Assembly: GCA_964019425.1 (NCBI GenBank) | Contig: OZ025803.1 | Location: 1-64,000 of the forward strand | From: Flectonema sp. DT1601 | Lineage: Eukaryota | Direction of reading: 5' to 3' | DNA length: 64,000 bases | Shown: positions 1 through 13,455 of the stretch, one piece after another | How positions within the stretch are numbered: the first letter of the stretch is position 1 | How the letters are laid out: each line of letters begins with the position of its first letter | Notes under the pieces: generated by a model | Databases searched by the model: none | Told to the model about the DNA's origin: nothing | What the model saw: the letters and a program-made list of their open reading frames with translations, nothing else | Made by a program: the position numbers and the translations under genes

Positions 1-3000
1 GTTTGCGGGTTTGCGGGTTTGCGGGTTTGCGGGTTTGCGGGTTGCGGGTTTGCGGGTTTGCGGGTTTGCGGGTTTGCGGGTTTGCGGGTTTGCGGGTTTG
101 CGGGTTTGCGGGTTTGCGGGTTTGCGGGTTTGCGGGTTTGCGGGTTTGCGGTTTGCGGGTTTGCGGGTTTGCGGGTTTGCGGTGGTTTGCGGGTTTGCGG
201 GTTTGCGGTTTGCGGGTTTGCGGGTTTGCGGGTTTGCGGGTTTGCGGGTTTGCGGGTTTGCGGGTTTGCGGGTTTGCGGGTTTGCGGGTTTGCGGGTTTG
301 CGGGTTTGCGGGTTTGCGGGTTTGCGGGTTTGCGGGTTTGCGGGTTTGCGGGTTTGCGGGTTTGCGGGTTTGCGGGTTTGCGGGTTTGCGGGTTTGCGGG
401 TTTGCGGGTTTGCGGGTTTGCGGGTTTGCGGGTTTGCGGGTTGCGGGTTTGCGGGTTTGCGGGTTTGCGGGTTTGCGGGTTTGCGGGTTTGCGGTTTGCG
501 GGTTTGCGGGTTTGCGGGTTTGCGGGTTTGCGGGTTTGCGGGTTTGCGGGTTTGCGGGTTTGCGGGTTTGCGGGTTTGCGGGTTTGCGGGTTTGCGGGTT
601 TGCGGGTTTGCGGGTTTGCGGGTTTGCGGGTTTGCGGGTTTGCGGGTTTGCGGGTTTGCGGGTTTGCGGGTTTGCGGGTTTGCGGGTTTGCGGGTTTGCG
701 GGTTTGCGGGTTTGCGGGTTTGCGGGTTTGCGGGTTTGCGGGTTTGCGGGTTTGCGGGTTTGCGGGTTTGCGGGTTTGCGGGTTTGCGGGTTTGCGGGTT
801 TGCGGGTTTGCGGGTTTGCGGGTTTGCGGGTTTGCGGGTTTGCGGGTTTGCGGGTTTGCGGGTTTGCGGGTTTGCGGGTTTGCGGGTTTGCGGGTTTGCG
901 GGTTTGCGGGTTTGCGGGTTTGCGGGTTTGCGGGTTTGCGGGTTTGCGGGTTTGCGGGTTTGCGGGTTTGCGGGTTTGCGGGTTTGCGGGTTTGCGGGTT
1001 TGCGGGTTTGCGGGTTTGCGGGTTTGCGGGTTTGCGGGTTTGCGGGTTTGCGGGTTTGCGGGTTTGCGGGTTTGCGGGTTTGCGGGTTTGCGGGTTTGCG
1101 GGTTTGCGGGTTTGCGGGTTTGCGGGTTTGCGGGTTTGCGGGTTTGCGGGTTTGCGGGTTTGCGGGTTTGCGGGTTTGCGGGTTTGCGGGTTTGCGGGTT
1201 TGCGGGTTTGCGGGTTTGCGGGTTTGCGGGTTTGCGGGTTTGCGGGTTTGCGGGTTTGCGGGTTTGCGGGTTTGCGGGTTTGCGGGTTTGCGGGTTTGCG
1301 GGTTTGCGGGTTTGCGGGTTTGCGGGTTTGCGGGTTTGCGGGTTTGCGGGTTTGCGGGTTTGCGGGTTTGCGGGTTTGCGGGTTTGCGGGTTTGCGGGTT
1401 TGCGGGTTTGCGGGTTTGCGGGTTTGCGGGTTTGCGGGTTTGCGGGTTTGCGGGTTTGCGGGTTTGCGGGTTTGCGGGTTTGCGGGTTTGCGGGTTTGCG
1501 GGTTTGCGGGTTTGCGGGTTTGCGGGTTTGCGGGTTTGCGGGTTTGCGGGTTTGCGGGTTTGCGGGTTTGCGGGTTTGCGGGTTTGCGGGTTTGCGGGTT
1601 TGCGGGTTTGCGGGTTTGCGGGTTTGCGGGTTTGCGGGTTTGCGGGTTTGCGGGTTTGCGGGTTTGCGGGTTTGCGGGTTTGCGGGTTTGCGGGTTTGCG
1701 GGTTTGCGGGTTTGCGGGTTTGCGGGTTTGCGGGTTTGCGGGTTTGCGGGTTTGCGGGTTTGCGGGTTTGCGGGTTTGCGGGTTTGCGGGTTTGCGGGTT
1801 TGCGGGTTTGCGGGTTTGCGGGTTTGCGGGTTTGCGGGTTTGCGGGTTTGCGGGTTTGCGGGTTTGCGGGTTTGCGGGTTTGCGGGTTTGCGGGTTTGCG
1901 GGTTTGCGGGTTTGCGGGTTTGCGGGTTTGCGGGTTTGCGGGTTTGCGGGTTTGCGGGTTTGCGGGTTTGCGGGTTTGCGGGTTTGCGGGTTTGCGGGTT
2001 TGCGGGTTTGCGGGTTTGCGGGTTTGCGGGTTTGCGGGTTTGCGGGTTTGCGGGTTTGCGGGTTTGCGGGTTTGCGGGTTTGCGGGTTTGCGGGTTTGCG
2101 GGTTTGCGGGTTTGCGGGTTTGCGGGTTTGCGGGTTTGCGGGTTTGCGGGTTTGCGGGTTTGCGGGTTTGCGGGTTTGCGGGTTTGCGGGTTTGCGGGTT
2201 TGCGGGTTTGCGGGTTTGCGGGTTTGCGGGTTTGCGGGTTTGCGGGTTTGCGGGTTTGCGGGTTTGCGGTTTGCGGGTTTGCGGGTTTGCGGGTTTGCGG
2301 GTTTGCGGGTTTGCGGGTTTGCGGGTTTGCGGGTTTGCGGGTTTGCGGGTTTGCGGGTTTGCGGGTTTGCGGGTTTGCGGGTTTGCGGGTTTGCGGGTTT
2401 GCGGGTTTGCGGGTTTGCGGGTTTGCGGGTTTGCGGGTTTGCGGGTTTGCGGGTTTGCGGGTTTGCGGGTTTGCGGGTTTGCGGGTTTGCGGGTTTGCGG
2501 GTTTGCGGGTTTGCGGGTTTGCGGGTTTGCGGGTTTGCGGGTTTGCGGGTTTGCGGGTTTGCGGGTTTGCGGGTTTGCGGGTTTGCGGGTTTGCGGGTTT
2601 GCGGGTTTGCGGGTTTGCGGGTTTGCGGGTTTGCGGGTTTGCGGGTTTGCGGGTTTGCGGGTTTGCGGGTTTGCGGGTTTGCGGGTTTGCGGGTTTGCGG
2701 GTTTGCGGGTTTGCGGGTTTGCGGGTTTGCGGGTTTGCGGGTTTGCGGGTTTGCGGGTTTGCGGGTTTGCGGGTTTGCGGGTTTGCGGGTTTGCGGGTTT
2801 GCGGGTTTGCGGGTTTGCGGGTTTGCGGGTTTGCGGGTTTGCGGGTTTGCGGGTTTGCGGGTTTGCGGGTTTGCGGGTTTGCGGGTTTGCGGGTTTGCGG
2901 GTTTGCGGGTTTGCGGGTTTGCGGGTTTGCGGGTTTGCGGGTTTGCGGGTTTGCGGGTTTGCGGGTTTGCGGGTTTGCGGGTTTGCGGGTTTGCGGGTTT

Positions 3001-6000
3001 GCGGGTTTGCGGGTTTGCGGGTTTGCGGGTTTGCGGGTTTGCGGGTTTGCGGGTTTGCGGGTTTGCGGGTTTGCGGGTTTGCGGGTTTGCGGGTTTGCGG
3101 GTTTGCGGGTTTGCGGGTTTGCGGGTTTGCGGGTTTGCGGGTTTGCGGGTTTGCGGGTTTGCGGGTTTGCGGGTTTGCGGGTTTGCGGGTTTGCGGGTTT
3201 GCGGGTTTGCGGGTTTGCGGGTTTGCGGGTTTGCGGGTTTGCGGGTTTGCGGGTTTGCGGGTTTGCGGGTTTGCGGGTTTGCGGGTTTGCGGGTTTGCGG
3301 GTTTGCGGGTTTGCGGGTTTGCGGGTTTGCGGGTTTGCGGGTTTGCGGGTTTGCGGGTTTGCGGGTTTGCGGGTTTGCGGGTTTGCGGGTTTGCGGGTTT
3401 GCGGGTTTGCGGGTTTGCGGGTTTGCGGGTTTGCGGGTTTGCGGGTTTGCGGGTTTGCGGGTTTGCGGGTTTGCGGGTTTGCGGGTTTGCGGGTTTGCGG
3501 GTTTGCGGGTTTGCGGGTTTGCGGGTTTGCGGGTTTGCGGGTTTGCGGGTTTGCGGGTTTGCGGGTTTGCGGGTTTGCGGGTTTGCGGGTTTGCGGGTTT
3601 GCGGGTTTGCGGGTTTGCGGGTTTGCGGGTTTGCGGGTTTGCGGGTTTGCGGGTTTGCGGGTTTGCGGGTTTGCGGGTTTGCGGGTTTGCGGGTTTGCGG
3701 GTTTGCGGGTTTGCGGGTTTGCGGGTTTGCGGGTTTGCGGGTTTGCGGGTTTGCGGGTTTGCGGGTTTGCGGGTTTGCGGGTTTGCGGGTTTGCGGGTTT
3801 GCGGGTTTGCGGGTTTGCGGGTTTGCGGGTTTGCGGGTTTGCGGGTTTGCGGGTTTGCGGGTTTGCGGGTTTGCGGGTTTGCGGGTTTGCGGGTTTGCGG
3901 GTTTGCGGGTTTGCGGGTTTGCGGGTTTGCGGGTTTGCGGGTTTGCGGGTTTGCGGGTTTGCGGGTTTGCGGGTTTGCGGGTTTGCGGGTTTGCGGGTTT
4001 GCGGGTTTGCGGGTTTGCGGGTTTGCGGGTTTGCGGGTTTGCGGGTTTGCGGGTTTGCGGGTTTGCGGGTTTGCGGGTTTGCGGGTTTGCGGGTTTGCGG
4101 GTTTGCGGGTTTGCGGGTTTGCGGGTTTGCGGGTTTGCGGGTTTGCGGGTTTGCGGGTTTGCGGGTTTGCGGGTTTGCGGGTTTGCGGGTTTGCGGGTTT
4201 GCGGGTTTGCGGGTTTGCGGGTTTGCGGGTTTGCGGGTTTGCGGGTTTGCGGGTTTGCGGGTTTGCGGGTTTGCGGGTTTGCGGGTTTGCGGGTTTGCGG
4301 GTTTGCGGGTTTGCGGGTTTGCGGGTTTGCGGGTTTGCGGGTTTGCGGGTTTGCGGGTTTGCGGGTTTGCGGGTTTGCGGGTTTGCGGGTTTGCGGGTTT
4401 GCGGGTTTGCGGGTTTGCGGGTTTGCGGGTTTGCGGGTTTGCGGGTTTGCGGGTTTGCGGGTTTGCGGGTTTGCGGGTTTGCGGGTTTGCGGGTTTGCGG
4501 GTTTGCGGGTTTGCGGGTTTGCGGGTTTGCGGGTTTGCGGGTTTGCGGGTTTGCGGGTTTGCGGGTTTGCGGGTTTGCGGGTTTGCGGGTTTGCGGGTTT
4601 GCGGGTTTGCGGGTTTGCGGGTTTGCGGGTTTGCGGGTTTGCGGGTTTGCGGGTTTGCGGGTTTGCGGGTTTGCGGGTTTGCGGGTTTGCGGGTTTGCGG
4701 GTTTGCGGGTTTGCGGGTTTGCGGGTTTGCGGGTTTGCGGGTTTGCGGGTTTGCGGGTTTGCGGGTTTGCGGGTTTGCGGGTTTGCGGGTTTGCGGGTTT
4801 GCGGGTTTGCGGGTTTGCGGGTTTGCGGGTTTGCGGGTTTGCGGGTTTGCGGGTTTGCGGGTTTGCGGGTTTGCGGGTTTGCGGGTTTGCGGGTTTGCGG
4901 GTTTGCGGGTTTGCGGGTTTGCGGGTTTGCGGGTTTGCGGGTTTGCGGGTTTGCGGGTTTGCGGGTTTGCGGGTTTGCGGGTTTGCGGGTTTGCGGGTTT
5001 GCGGGTTTGCGGGTTTGCGGGTTTGCGGGTTTGCGGGTTTGCGGGTTTGCGGGTTTGCGGGTTTGCGGGTTTGCGGGTTTGCGGGTTTGCGGGTTTGCGG
5101 GTTTGCGGGTTTGCGGGTTTGCGGGTTTGCGGGTTTGCGGGTTTGCGGGTTTGCGGGTTTGCGGGTTTGCGGGTTTGCGGGTTTGCGGGTTTGCGGGTTT
5201 GCGGGTTTGCGGGTTTGCGGGTTTGCGGGTTTGCGGGTTTGCGGGTTTGCGGGTTTGCGGGTTTGCGGGTTTGCGGGTTTGCGGGTTTGCGGGTTTGCGG
5301 GTTTGCGGGTTTGCGGGTTTGCGGGTTTGCGGGTTTGCGGGTTTGCGGGTTTGCGGGTTTGCGGGTTTGCGGGTTTGCGGGTTTGCGGGTTTGCGGGTTT
5401 GCGGGTTTGCGGGTTTGCGGGTTTGCGGGTTTGCGGGTTTGCGGGTTTGCGGGTTTGCGGGTTTGCGGGTTTGCGGGTTTGCGGGTTTGCGGGTTTGCGG
5501 GTTTGCGGGTTTGCGGGTTTGCGGGTTTGCGGGTTTGCGGGTTTGCGGGTTTGCGGGTTTGCGGGTTTGCGGGTTTGCGGGTTTGCGGGTTTGCGGGTTT
5601 GCGGGTTTGCGGGTTTGCGGGTTTGCGGGTTTGCGGGTTTGCGGGTTTGCGGGTTTGCGGGTTTGCGGGTTTGCGGGTTTGCGGGTTTGCGGGTTTGCGG
5701 GTTTGCGGGTTTGCGGGTTTGCGGGTTTGCGGGTTTGCGGGTTTGCGGGTTTGCGGGTTTGCGGGTTTGCGGGTTTGCGGGTTTGCGGGTTTGCGGGTTT
5801 GCGGGTTTGCGGGTTTGCGGGTTTGCGGGTTTGCGGGTTTGCGGGTTTGCGGGTTTGCGGGTTTGCGGGTTTGCGGGTTTGCGGGTTTGCGGGTTTGCGG
5901 GTTTGCGGGTTTGCGGGTTTGCGGGTTTGCGGGTTTGCGGGTTTGCGGGTTTGCGGGTTTGCGGGTTTGCGGGTTTGCGGGTTTGCGGGTTTGCGGGTTT

Positions 6001-9000
6001 GCGGGTTTGCGGGTTTGCGGGTTTGCGGGTTTGCGGGTTTGCGGGTTTGCGGGTTTGCGGGTTTGCGGGTTTGCGGGTTTGCGGGTTTGCGGGTTTGCGG
6101 GTTTGCGGGTTTGCGGGTTTGCGGGTTTGCGGGTTTGCGGGTTTGCGGGTTTGCGGGTTTGCGGGTTTGCGGGTTTGCGGGTTTGCGGGTTTGCGGGTTT
6201 GCGGGTTTGCGGGTTTGCGGGTTTGCGGGTTTGCGGGTTTGCGGGTTTGCGGGTTTGCGGGTTTGCGGGTTTGCGGGTTTGCGGGTTTGCGGGTTTGCGG
6301 GTTTGCGGGTTTGCGGGTTTGCGGGTTTGCGGGTTTGCGGGTTTGCGGGTTTGCGGGTTTGCGGGTTTGCGGGTTTGCGGGTTTGCGGGTTTGCGGGTTT
6401 GCGGGTTTGCGGGTTTGCGGGTTTGCGGGTTTGCGGGTTTGCGGGTTTGCGGGTTTGCGGGTTTGCGGGTTTGCGGGTTTGCGGGTTTGCGGGTTTGCGG
6501 GTTTGCGGGTTTGCGGGTTTGCGGGTTTGCGGGTTTGCGGGTTTGCGGGTTTGCGGGTTTGCGGGTTTGCGGGTTTGCGGGTTTGCGGGTTTGCGGGTTT
6601 GCGGGTTTGCGGGTTTGCGGGTTTGCGGGTTTGCGGGTTTGCGGGTTTGCGGGTTTGCGGGTTTGCGGGTTTGCGGGTTTGCGGGTTTGCGGGTTTGCGG
6701 GTTTGCGGGTTTGCGGGTTTGCGGGTTTGCGGGTTTGCGGGTTTGCGGGTTTGCGGGTTTGCGGGTTTGCGGGTTTGCGGGTTTGCGGGTTTGCGGGTTT
6801 GCGGGTTTGCGGGTTTGCGGGTTTGCGGGTTTGCGGGTTTGCGGGTTTGCGGGTTTGCGGGTTTGCGGGTTTGCGGGTTTGCGGGTTTGCGGGTTTGCGG
6901 GTTTGCGGGTTTGCGGGTTTGCGGGTTTGCGGGTTTGCGGGTTTGCGGGTTTGCGGGTTTGCGGGTTTGCGGGTTTGCGGGTTTGCGGGTTTGCGGGTTT
7001 GCGGGTTTGCGGGTTTGCGGGTTTGCGGGTTTGCGGGTTTGCGGGTTTGCGGGTTTGCGGGTTTGCGGGTTTGCGGGTTTGCGGGTTTGCGGGTTTGCGG
7101 GTTTGCGGGTTTGCGGGTTTGCGGGTTTGCGGGTTTGCGGGTTTGCGGGTTTGCGGGTTTGCGGGTTTGCGGGTTTGCGGGTTTGCGGGTTTGCGGGTTT
7201 GCGGGTTTGCGGGTTTGCGGGTTTGCGGGTTTGCGGGTTTGCGGGTTTGCGGGTTTGCGGGTTTGCGGGTTTGCGGGTTTGCGGGTTTGCGGGTTTGCGG
7301 GTTTGCGGGTTTGCGGGTTTGCGGGTTTGCGGGTTTGCGGGTTTGCGGGTTTGCGGGTTTGCGGGTTTGCGGGTTTGCGGGTTTGCGGGTTTGCGGGTTT
7401 GCGGGTTTGCGGGTTTGCGGGTTTGCGGGTTTGCGGGTTTGCGGGTTTGCGGGTTTGCGGGTTTGCGGGTTTGCGGGTTTGCGGGTTTGCGGGTTTGCGG
7501 GTTTGCGGGTTTGCGGGTTTGCGGGTTTGCGGGTTTGCGGGTTTGCGGGTTTGCGGGTTTGCGGGTTTGCGGGTTTGCGGGTTTGCGGGTTTGCGGGTTT
7601 GCGGGTTTGCGGGTTTGCGGGTTTGCGGGTTTGCGGGTTTGCGGGTTTGCGGGTTTGCGGGTTTGCGGGTTTGCGGGTTTGCGGGTTTGCGGGTTTGCGG
7701 GTTTGCGGGTTTGCGGGTTTGCGGGTTTGCGGGTTTGCGGGTTTGCGGGTTTGCGGGTTTGCGGGTTTGCGGGTTTGCGGGTTTGCGGGTTTGCGGGTTT
7801 GCGGGTTTGCGGGTTTGCGGGTTTGCGGGTTTGCGGGTTTGCGGGTTTGCGGGTTTGCGGGTTTGCGGGTTTGCGGGTTTGCGGGTTTGCGGGTTTGCGG
7901 GTTTGCGGGTTTGCGGGTTTGCGGGTTTGCGGGTTTGCGGGTTTGCGGGTTTGCGGGTTTGCGGGTTTGCGGGTTTGCGGGTTTGCGGGTTTGCGGGTTT
8001 GCGGGTTTGCGGGTTTGCGGGTTTGCGGGTTTGCGGGTTTGCGGGTTTGCGGGTTTGCGGGTTTGCGGGTTTGCGGGTTTGCGGGTTTGCGGGTTTGCGG
8101 GTTTGCGGGTTTGCGGGTTTGCGGGTTTGCGGGTTTGCGGGTTTGCGGGTTTGCGGGTTTGCGGGTTTGCGGGTTTGCGGGTTTGCGGGTTTGCGGGTTT
8201 GCGGGTTTGCGGGTTTGCGGGTTTGCGGGTTTGCGGGTTTGCGGGTTTGCGGGTTTGCGGGTTTGCGGGTTTGCGGGTTTGCGGGTTTGCGGGTTTGCGG
8301 GTTTGCGGGTTTGCGGGTTTGCGGGTTTGCGGGTTTGCGGGTTTGCGGGTTTGCGGGTTTGCGGGTTTGCGGGTTTGCGGGTTTGCGGGTTTGCGGGTTT
8401 GCGGGTTTGCGGGTTTGCGGGTTTGCGGGTTTGCGGGTTTGCGGGTTTGCGGGTTTGCGGGTTTGCGGGTTTGCGGGTTTGCGGGTTTGCGGGTTTGCGG
8501 GTTTGCGGGTTTGCGGGTTTGCGGGTTTGCGGGTTTGCGGGTTTGCGGGTTTGCGGGTTTGCGGGTTTGCGGGTTTGCGGGTTTGCGGGTTTGCGGGTTT
8601 GCGGGTTTGCGGGTTTGCGGGTTTGCGGGTTTGCGGGTTTGCGGGTTTGCGGGTTTGCGGGTTTGCGGGTTTGCGGGTTTGCGGGTTTGCGGGTTTGCGG
8701 GTTTGCGGGTTTGCGGGTTTGCGGGTTTGCGGGTTTGCGGGTTTGCGGGTTTGCGGGTTTGCGGGTTTGCGGGTTTGCGGGTTTGCGGGTTTGCGGGTTT
8801 GCGGGTTTGCGGGTTTGCGGGTTTGCGGGTTTGCGGGTTTGCGGGTTTGCGGGTTTGCGGGTTTGCGGGTTTGCGGGTTTGCGGGTTTGCGGGTTTGCGG
8901 GTTTGCGGGTTTGCGGGTTTGCGGGTTTGCGGGTTTGCGGGTTTGCGGGTTTGCGGGTTTGCGGGTTTGCGGGTTTGCGGGTTTGCGGGTTTGCGGGTTT

Positions 9001-11130
9001 GCGGGTTTGCGGGTTTGCGGGTTTGCGGGTTTGCGGGTTTGCGGGTTTGCGGGTTTGCGGGTTTGCGGGTTTGCGGGTTTGCGGGTTTGCGGGTTTGCGG
9101 GTTTGCGGGTTTGCGGGTTTGCGGGTTTGCGGGTTTGCGGGTTTGCGGGTTTGCGGGTTTGCGGGTTTGCGGGTTTGCGGGTTTGCGGGTTTGCGGGTTT
9201 GCGGGTTTGCGGGTTTGCGGGTTTGCGGGTTTGCGGGTTTGCGGGTTTGCGGGTTTGCGGGTTTGCGGGTTTGCGGGTTTGCGGGTTTGCGGGTTTGCGG
9301 GTTTGCGGGTTTGCGGGTTTGCGGGTTTGCGGGTTTGCGGGTTTGCGGGTTTGCGGGTTTGCGGGTTTGCGGGTTTGCGGGTTTGCGGGTTTGCGGGTTT
9401 GCGGGTTTGCGGGTTTGCGGGTTTGCGGGTTTGCGGGTTTGCGGGTTTGCGGGTTTGCGGGTTTGCGGGTTTGCGGGTTTGCGGGTTTGCGGGTTTGCGG
9501 GTTTGCGGGTTTGCGGGTTTGCGGGTTTGCGGGTTTGCGGGTTTGCGGGTTTGCGGGTTTGCGGGTTTGCGGGTTTGCGGGTTTGCGGGTTTGCGGGTTT
9601 GCGGGTTTGCGGGTTTGCGGGTTTGCGGGTTTGCGGGTTTGCGGGTTTGCGGGTTTGCGGGTTTGCGGGTTTGCGGGTTTGCGGGTTTGCGGGTTTGCGG
9701 GTTTGCGGGTTTGCGGGTTTGCGGGTTTGCGGGTTTGCGGGTTTGCGGGTTTGCGGGTTTGCGGGTTTGCGGGTTTGCGGGTTTGCGGGTTTGCGGGTTT
9801 GCGGGTTTGCGGGTTTGCGGGTTTGCGGGTTTGCGGGTTTGCGGGTTTGCGGGTTTGCGGGTTTGCGGGTTTGCGGGTTTGCGGGTTTGCGGGTTTGCGG
9901 GTTTGCGGGTTTGCGGGTTTGCGGGTTTGCGGGTTTGCGGGTTTGCGGGTTTGCGGGTTTGCGGGTTTGCGGGTTTGCGGGTTTGCGGGTTTGCGGGTTT
10001 GCGGGTTTGCGGGTTTGCGGGTTTGCGGGTTTGCGGGTTTGCGGGTTTGCGGGTTTGCGGGTTTGCGGGTTTGCGGGTTTGCGGGTTTGCGGGTTTGCGG
10101 GTTTGCGGGTTTGCGGGTTTGCGGGTTTGCGGGTTTGCGGGTTTGCGGGTTTGCGGGTTTGCGGGTTTGCGGGTTTGCGGGTTTGCGGGTTTGCGGGTTT
10201 GCGGGTTTGCGGGTTTGCGGGTTTGCGGGTTTGCGGGTTTGCGGGTTTGCGGGTTTGCGGGTTTGCGGGTTTGCGGGTTTGCGGGTTTGCGGGTTTGCGG
10301 GTTTGCGGGTTTGCGGGTTTGCGGGTTTGCGGGTTTGCGGGTTTGCGGGTTTGCGGGTTTGCGGGTTTGCGGGTTTGCGGGTTTGCGGGTTTGCGGGTTT
10401 GCGGGTTTGCGGGTTTGCGGGTTTGCGGGTTTGCGGGTTTGCGGGTTTGCGGGTTTGCGGGTTTGCGGGTTTGCGGGTTTGCGGGTTTGCGGGTTTGCGG
10501 GTTTGCGGGTTTGCGGGTTTGCGGGTTTGCGGGTTTGCGGGTTTGCGGGTTTGCGGGTTTGCGGGTTTGCGGGTTTGCGGGTTTGCGGGTTTGCGGGTTT
10601 GCGGGTTTGCGGGTTTGCGGGTTTGCGGGTTTGCGGGTTTGCGGGTTTGCGGGTTTGCGGGTTTGCGGGTTTGCGGGTTTGCGGGTTTGCGGGTTTGCGG
10701 GTTTGCGGGTTTGCGGGTTTGCGGGTTTGCGGGTTTGCGGGTTTGCGGGTTTGCGGGTTTGCGGGTTTGCGGGTTTGCGGGTTTGCGGGTTTGCGGGTTT
10801 GCGGGTTTGCGGGTTTGCGGGTTTGCGGGTTTGCGGGTTTGCGGGTTTGCGGGTTTGCGGGTTTGCGGGTTTGCGGGTTTGCGGGTTTGCGGGTTTGCGG
10901 GTTTGCGGGTTTGCGGGTTTGCGGGTTTGCGGGTTTGCGGGTTTGCGGGTTTGCGGGTTTGCGGGTTTGCGGGTTTGCGGGTTTGCGGGTTTGCGGGTTT
11001 GCGGGTTTGCGGGTTTGCGGGTTTGCGGGTTTGCGGGTTTGTGGGTTTGCGGGTTTGCGGGTTTGCGGGTTTGCGGGTTTGCGGGTTTGCGGGTTTGCGG
11101 GTTTGCGGGTTTGCGGGTTTGCGGGTTTGC
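1..11130 (+). repeat. Telomere-like 8-bp tandem array (GGGTTTGC)n, ~1,390 units
   Basis: Continuous 8-mer. A few indel variants occur in the first ~500 bp, one at ~2270, and one substitution at 11042 (gtggg). It ends abruptly at ...gcgggtttgc|caaacattgc. Confidence 0.99.
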
Positions 11131-11704
11131 CAAACATTGCCTGGTATGGGTTGATTCCATAGCTTTTTTTTGCTGGTAAGACAGTCAGTTTAAGGTCATA
11201 ACTGTGCCGGACCAAAAAAGTTAGAGTATAATAAGAATTAGGGATAAGTAAAAGAAAGGTATTCATTTCTGCAGTTTCCGCAAAAAGAAACACTAAGACG
11301 TATCAACCCATTGTTCGTTTTTGTAGTTTTCTGTATGAAAAATTAGTTACTAATTGGTTATCAGTTCAATCAAAAAAACTAAATTAGTATTCATCAGTAA
11401 ACTAAAAAAAAAAAAAAGGGAAAAACTATAATTCCATAAAAAAGTTTCCGAAATGTCTGATCTCAACATGAAAGTCTCCAAAACGGACAGCTCCACACAA
11501 AAGTTTCCGAAATGGAAGGCTGTTTTTTTTTTTTTCTGTGGAGTGGCGAAACCATTTAATGTTCTCAAGTCTGAGATCATCTCACAGTACTGTCCCTTCG
11601 GAGTTTCTGTGAAAGTAGTAGCCCACGGAACACTTTTCTAAAGATTCAATCAGCCGAACTACTCCGCTACTGACTTTCACTTGATTAGCGAGCTACTAGT
11701 ATAT

Positions 11705-13455
11705 GAGGATGTGCAGAAACCCCCCCCCCAATTTTTACCAGGCTATCCCGTGGGCACCTAACACCCAATCCGAGCCCACCACCCCACGAAAATAGTATCC
11801 AAAAAACTCAAATCCGGTACTGGGGCACCCTTTAACTGCCCACCAGTTTAAAAATTTCACTTTTTTTGACTGTTTCTAGTAACATTTGCCTTGTAAGCTG
11901 TGTGGCACTGGTAGAAATTATGTTTGAAATTTTGTTTTTCTTGAAGGCCCAGATTTCCTGCGATTTAGATGCGAGTGTCAGCACAGATGTGATATTGCCA
12001 AAGTGTCAACCACATTCGGACTTGCCATGCCGACTAGGGAAAAAGTTAACCCAAGCTGATTAACTTATTTTACAGAACAGGCTGATGACGGTTGTGTTCT
12101 CAAGCTGCCTACCAGCATCAGCCCAATAGTGAATCATCTTATCATTCTCAGACATCAAGAAGAACTTATTCATAACCGGATACGTTACTATCGCATTCTG
12201 GTTGATGTGTGGGAGTAGGAAGTTGTTATGGCCACACTGAACCTCAGTTCCAAACTGCTCATGTAGTACACATCCAAGCAGACGATTTCCCCTGTTGATA
12301 GAAAGGGGAATTTGGCCCTTCTGTCATTAGAAGCCCTTTTCTTTATAATCCAGAGTCATGATATAGTCACCAGGATGGATTAGATGTATCTTCTCAATAC
12401 ACCTGACATGTCTCTTATCTCCAATGTGAGAATCTATTTCAATAATTCCTCTCATTGTTGTTCGCTTCTCAGCTTCGGACTTTATGAGCGCCAGAAGGAA
12501 GTTACGATGATGTTGAAGGCCCCAGAGATCCACCCATTACATCTGTCAACATCACAGATACATGTGGCGAATACTGAAGATGCCGGGAAGGCAAGCTTCT
12601 TTCAGAGATTGCTGCCTGCGAGACGGTAGTTGCACACATTCATACAGCGCCGAAACTGCTGAAACTCAACTCCAGGTAGAGAACAGTACTGTGTGTATGA
12701 GATAGTGTCTTTTAGAGGGGAGTTATTATCGACTAGTTGATACGAGGTCATCATGTTTTCAACAGTAACAGTAACTGCCTCTCTCCTTTTTTTGATACTT
12801 GGAGGAGTTTTATATTATGGTACCACTAGTGGTTACCAGTTCTTATTGAACCTGATTTTTCATGTCAGGTGTTACAACTGACAGGCAACCACTGACTCCA
12901 CTTTCTTGTCCCTATTCTTCCACAATTCCTTTCCTACTACTATCCCAGTCTTATTCACTTCTGCTATCCCCAGCCACTGGAACATAGAGCTTGTAGCAGC
13001 GTCCTCAAGCGGCTATAGATTCTAGAAAAACTCCTTGTGAACAGCATGCTCACATCATGCTCAACCCATCACTGCCAGCGAGGGTGACTCAGAATCACCA
13101 CCCGATATCGTACTCTGCGGTTCTCACGGGATCTATGATTCTCCTGTCTCATCACTTCTCCTGTTCCTATCATTCCAGTCTTCATAGGAACCCAGGGTGT
13201 AAACAAATTTCTGCAATGTAGCTGCTAAGCTGGTTTTTGAGTATTTTGAGGGCAACCAACAGAGACACAAGGCAAAAGTACCAGAAACAGTCAAAAAATA
13301 TAGAATTTTGAAACTGGTGAGCAGTTAGAGGATGCCCCAGTACCGGATTTGAGTTTTTTGGATAGTATTTTCGTGGGGTGGTGAGCTCGGATTGGGTATT
13401 AGGTGCCCACAGAATAGCCTGGTAAAAATTGGGGGGGGGGTTTCTGCACCGCCTC
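11705..13455. mobile_element. Decayed Sola2-like DNA transposon with ~190-bp terminal inverted repeats and 4-bp ATAT TSD
   Basis: Ends read ATAT|GAGGATGTGCAGAAACCCC... (11701-) and ...GGGTTTCTGCACCGCCTC|ATAT (-13459). TIRs at ~11705-11895 and ~13265-13455 align as reverse complements. GRG..CYC termini with 4-bp AT-rich TSDs are Sola2 hallmarks. Confidence 0.8.
11990..12533 (-). pseudogene. Sola2-like DDE transposase remnant (stops/frameshifts)
   Basis: Manual - strand translation gives LDYKEK, IHYWADAGRQLEN and VNFFPSRHGKSECG*HFG. These resemble the DFxEN, F/WSDG..Q.KN and FF...HGK..CD motifs of Sola2-type transposases. Confidence 0.65.

Noticed and set aside
3..11179. Three ~3,700-aa ORFs (LRVCGFAG)n
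   Set aside because: Artefact of a stop-free 8-bp repeat that is open in all frames; no evidence of coding.
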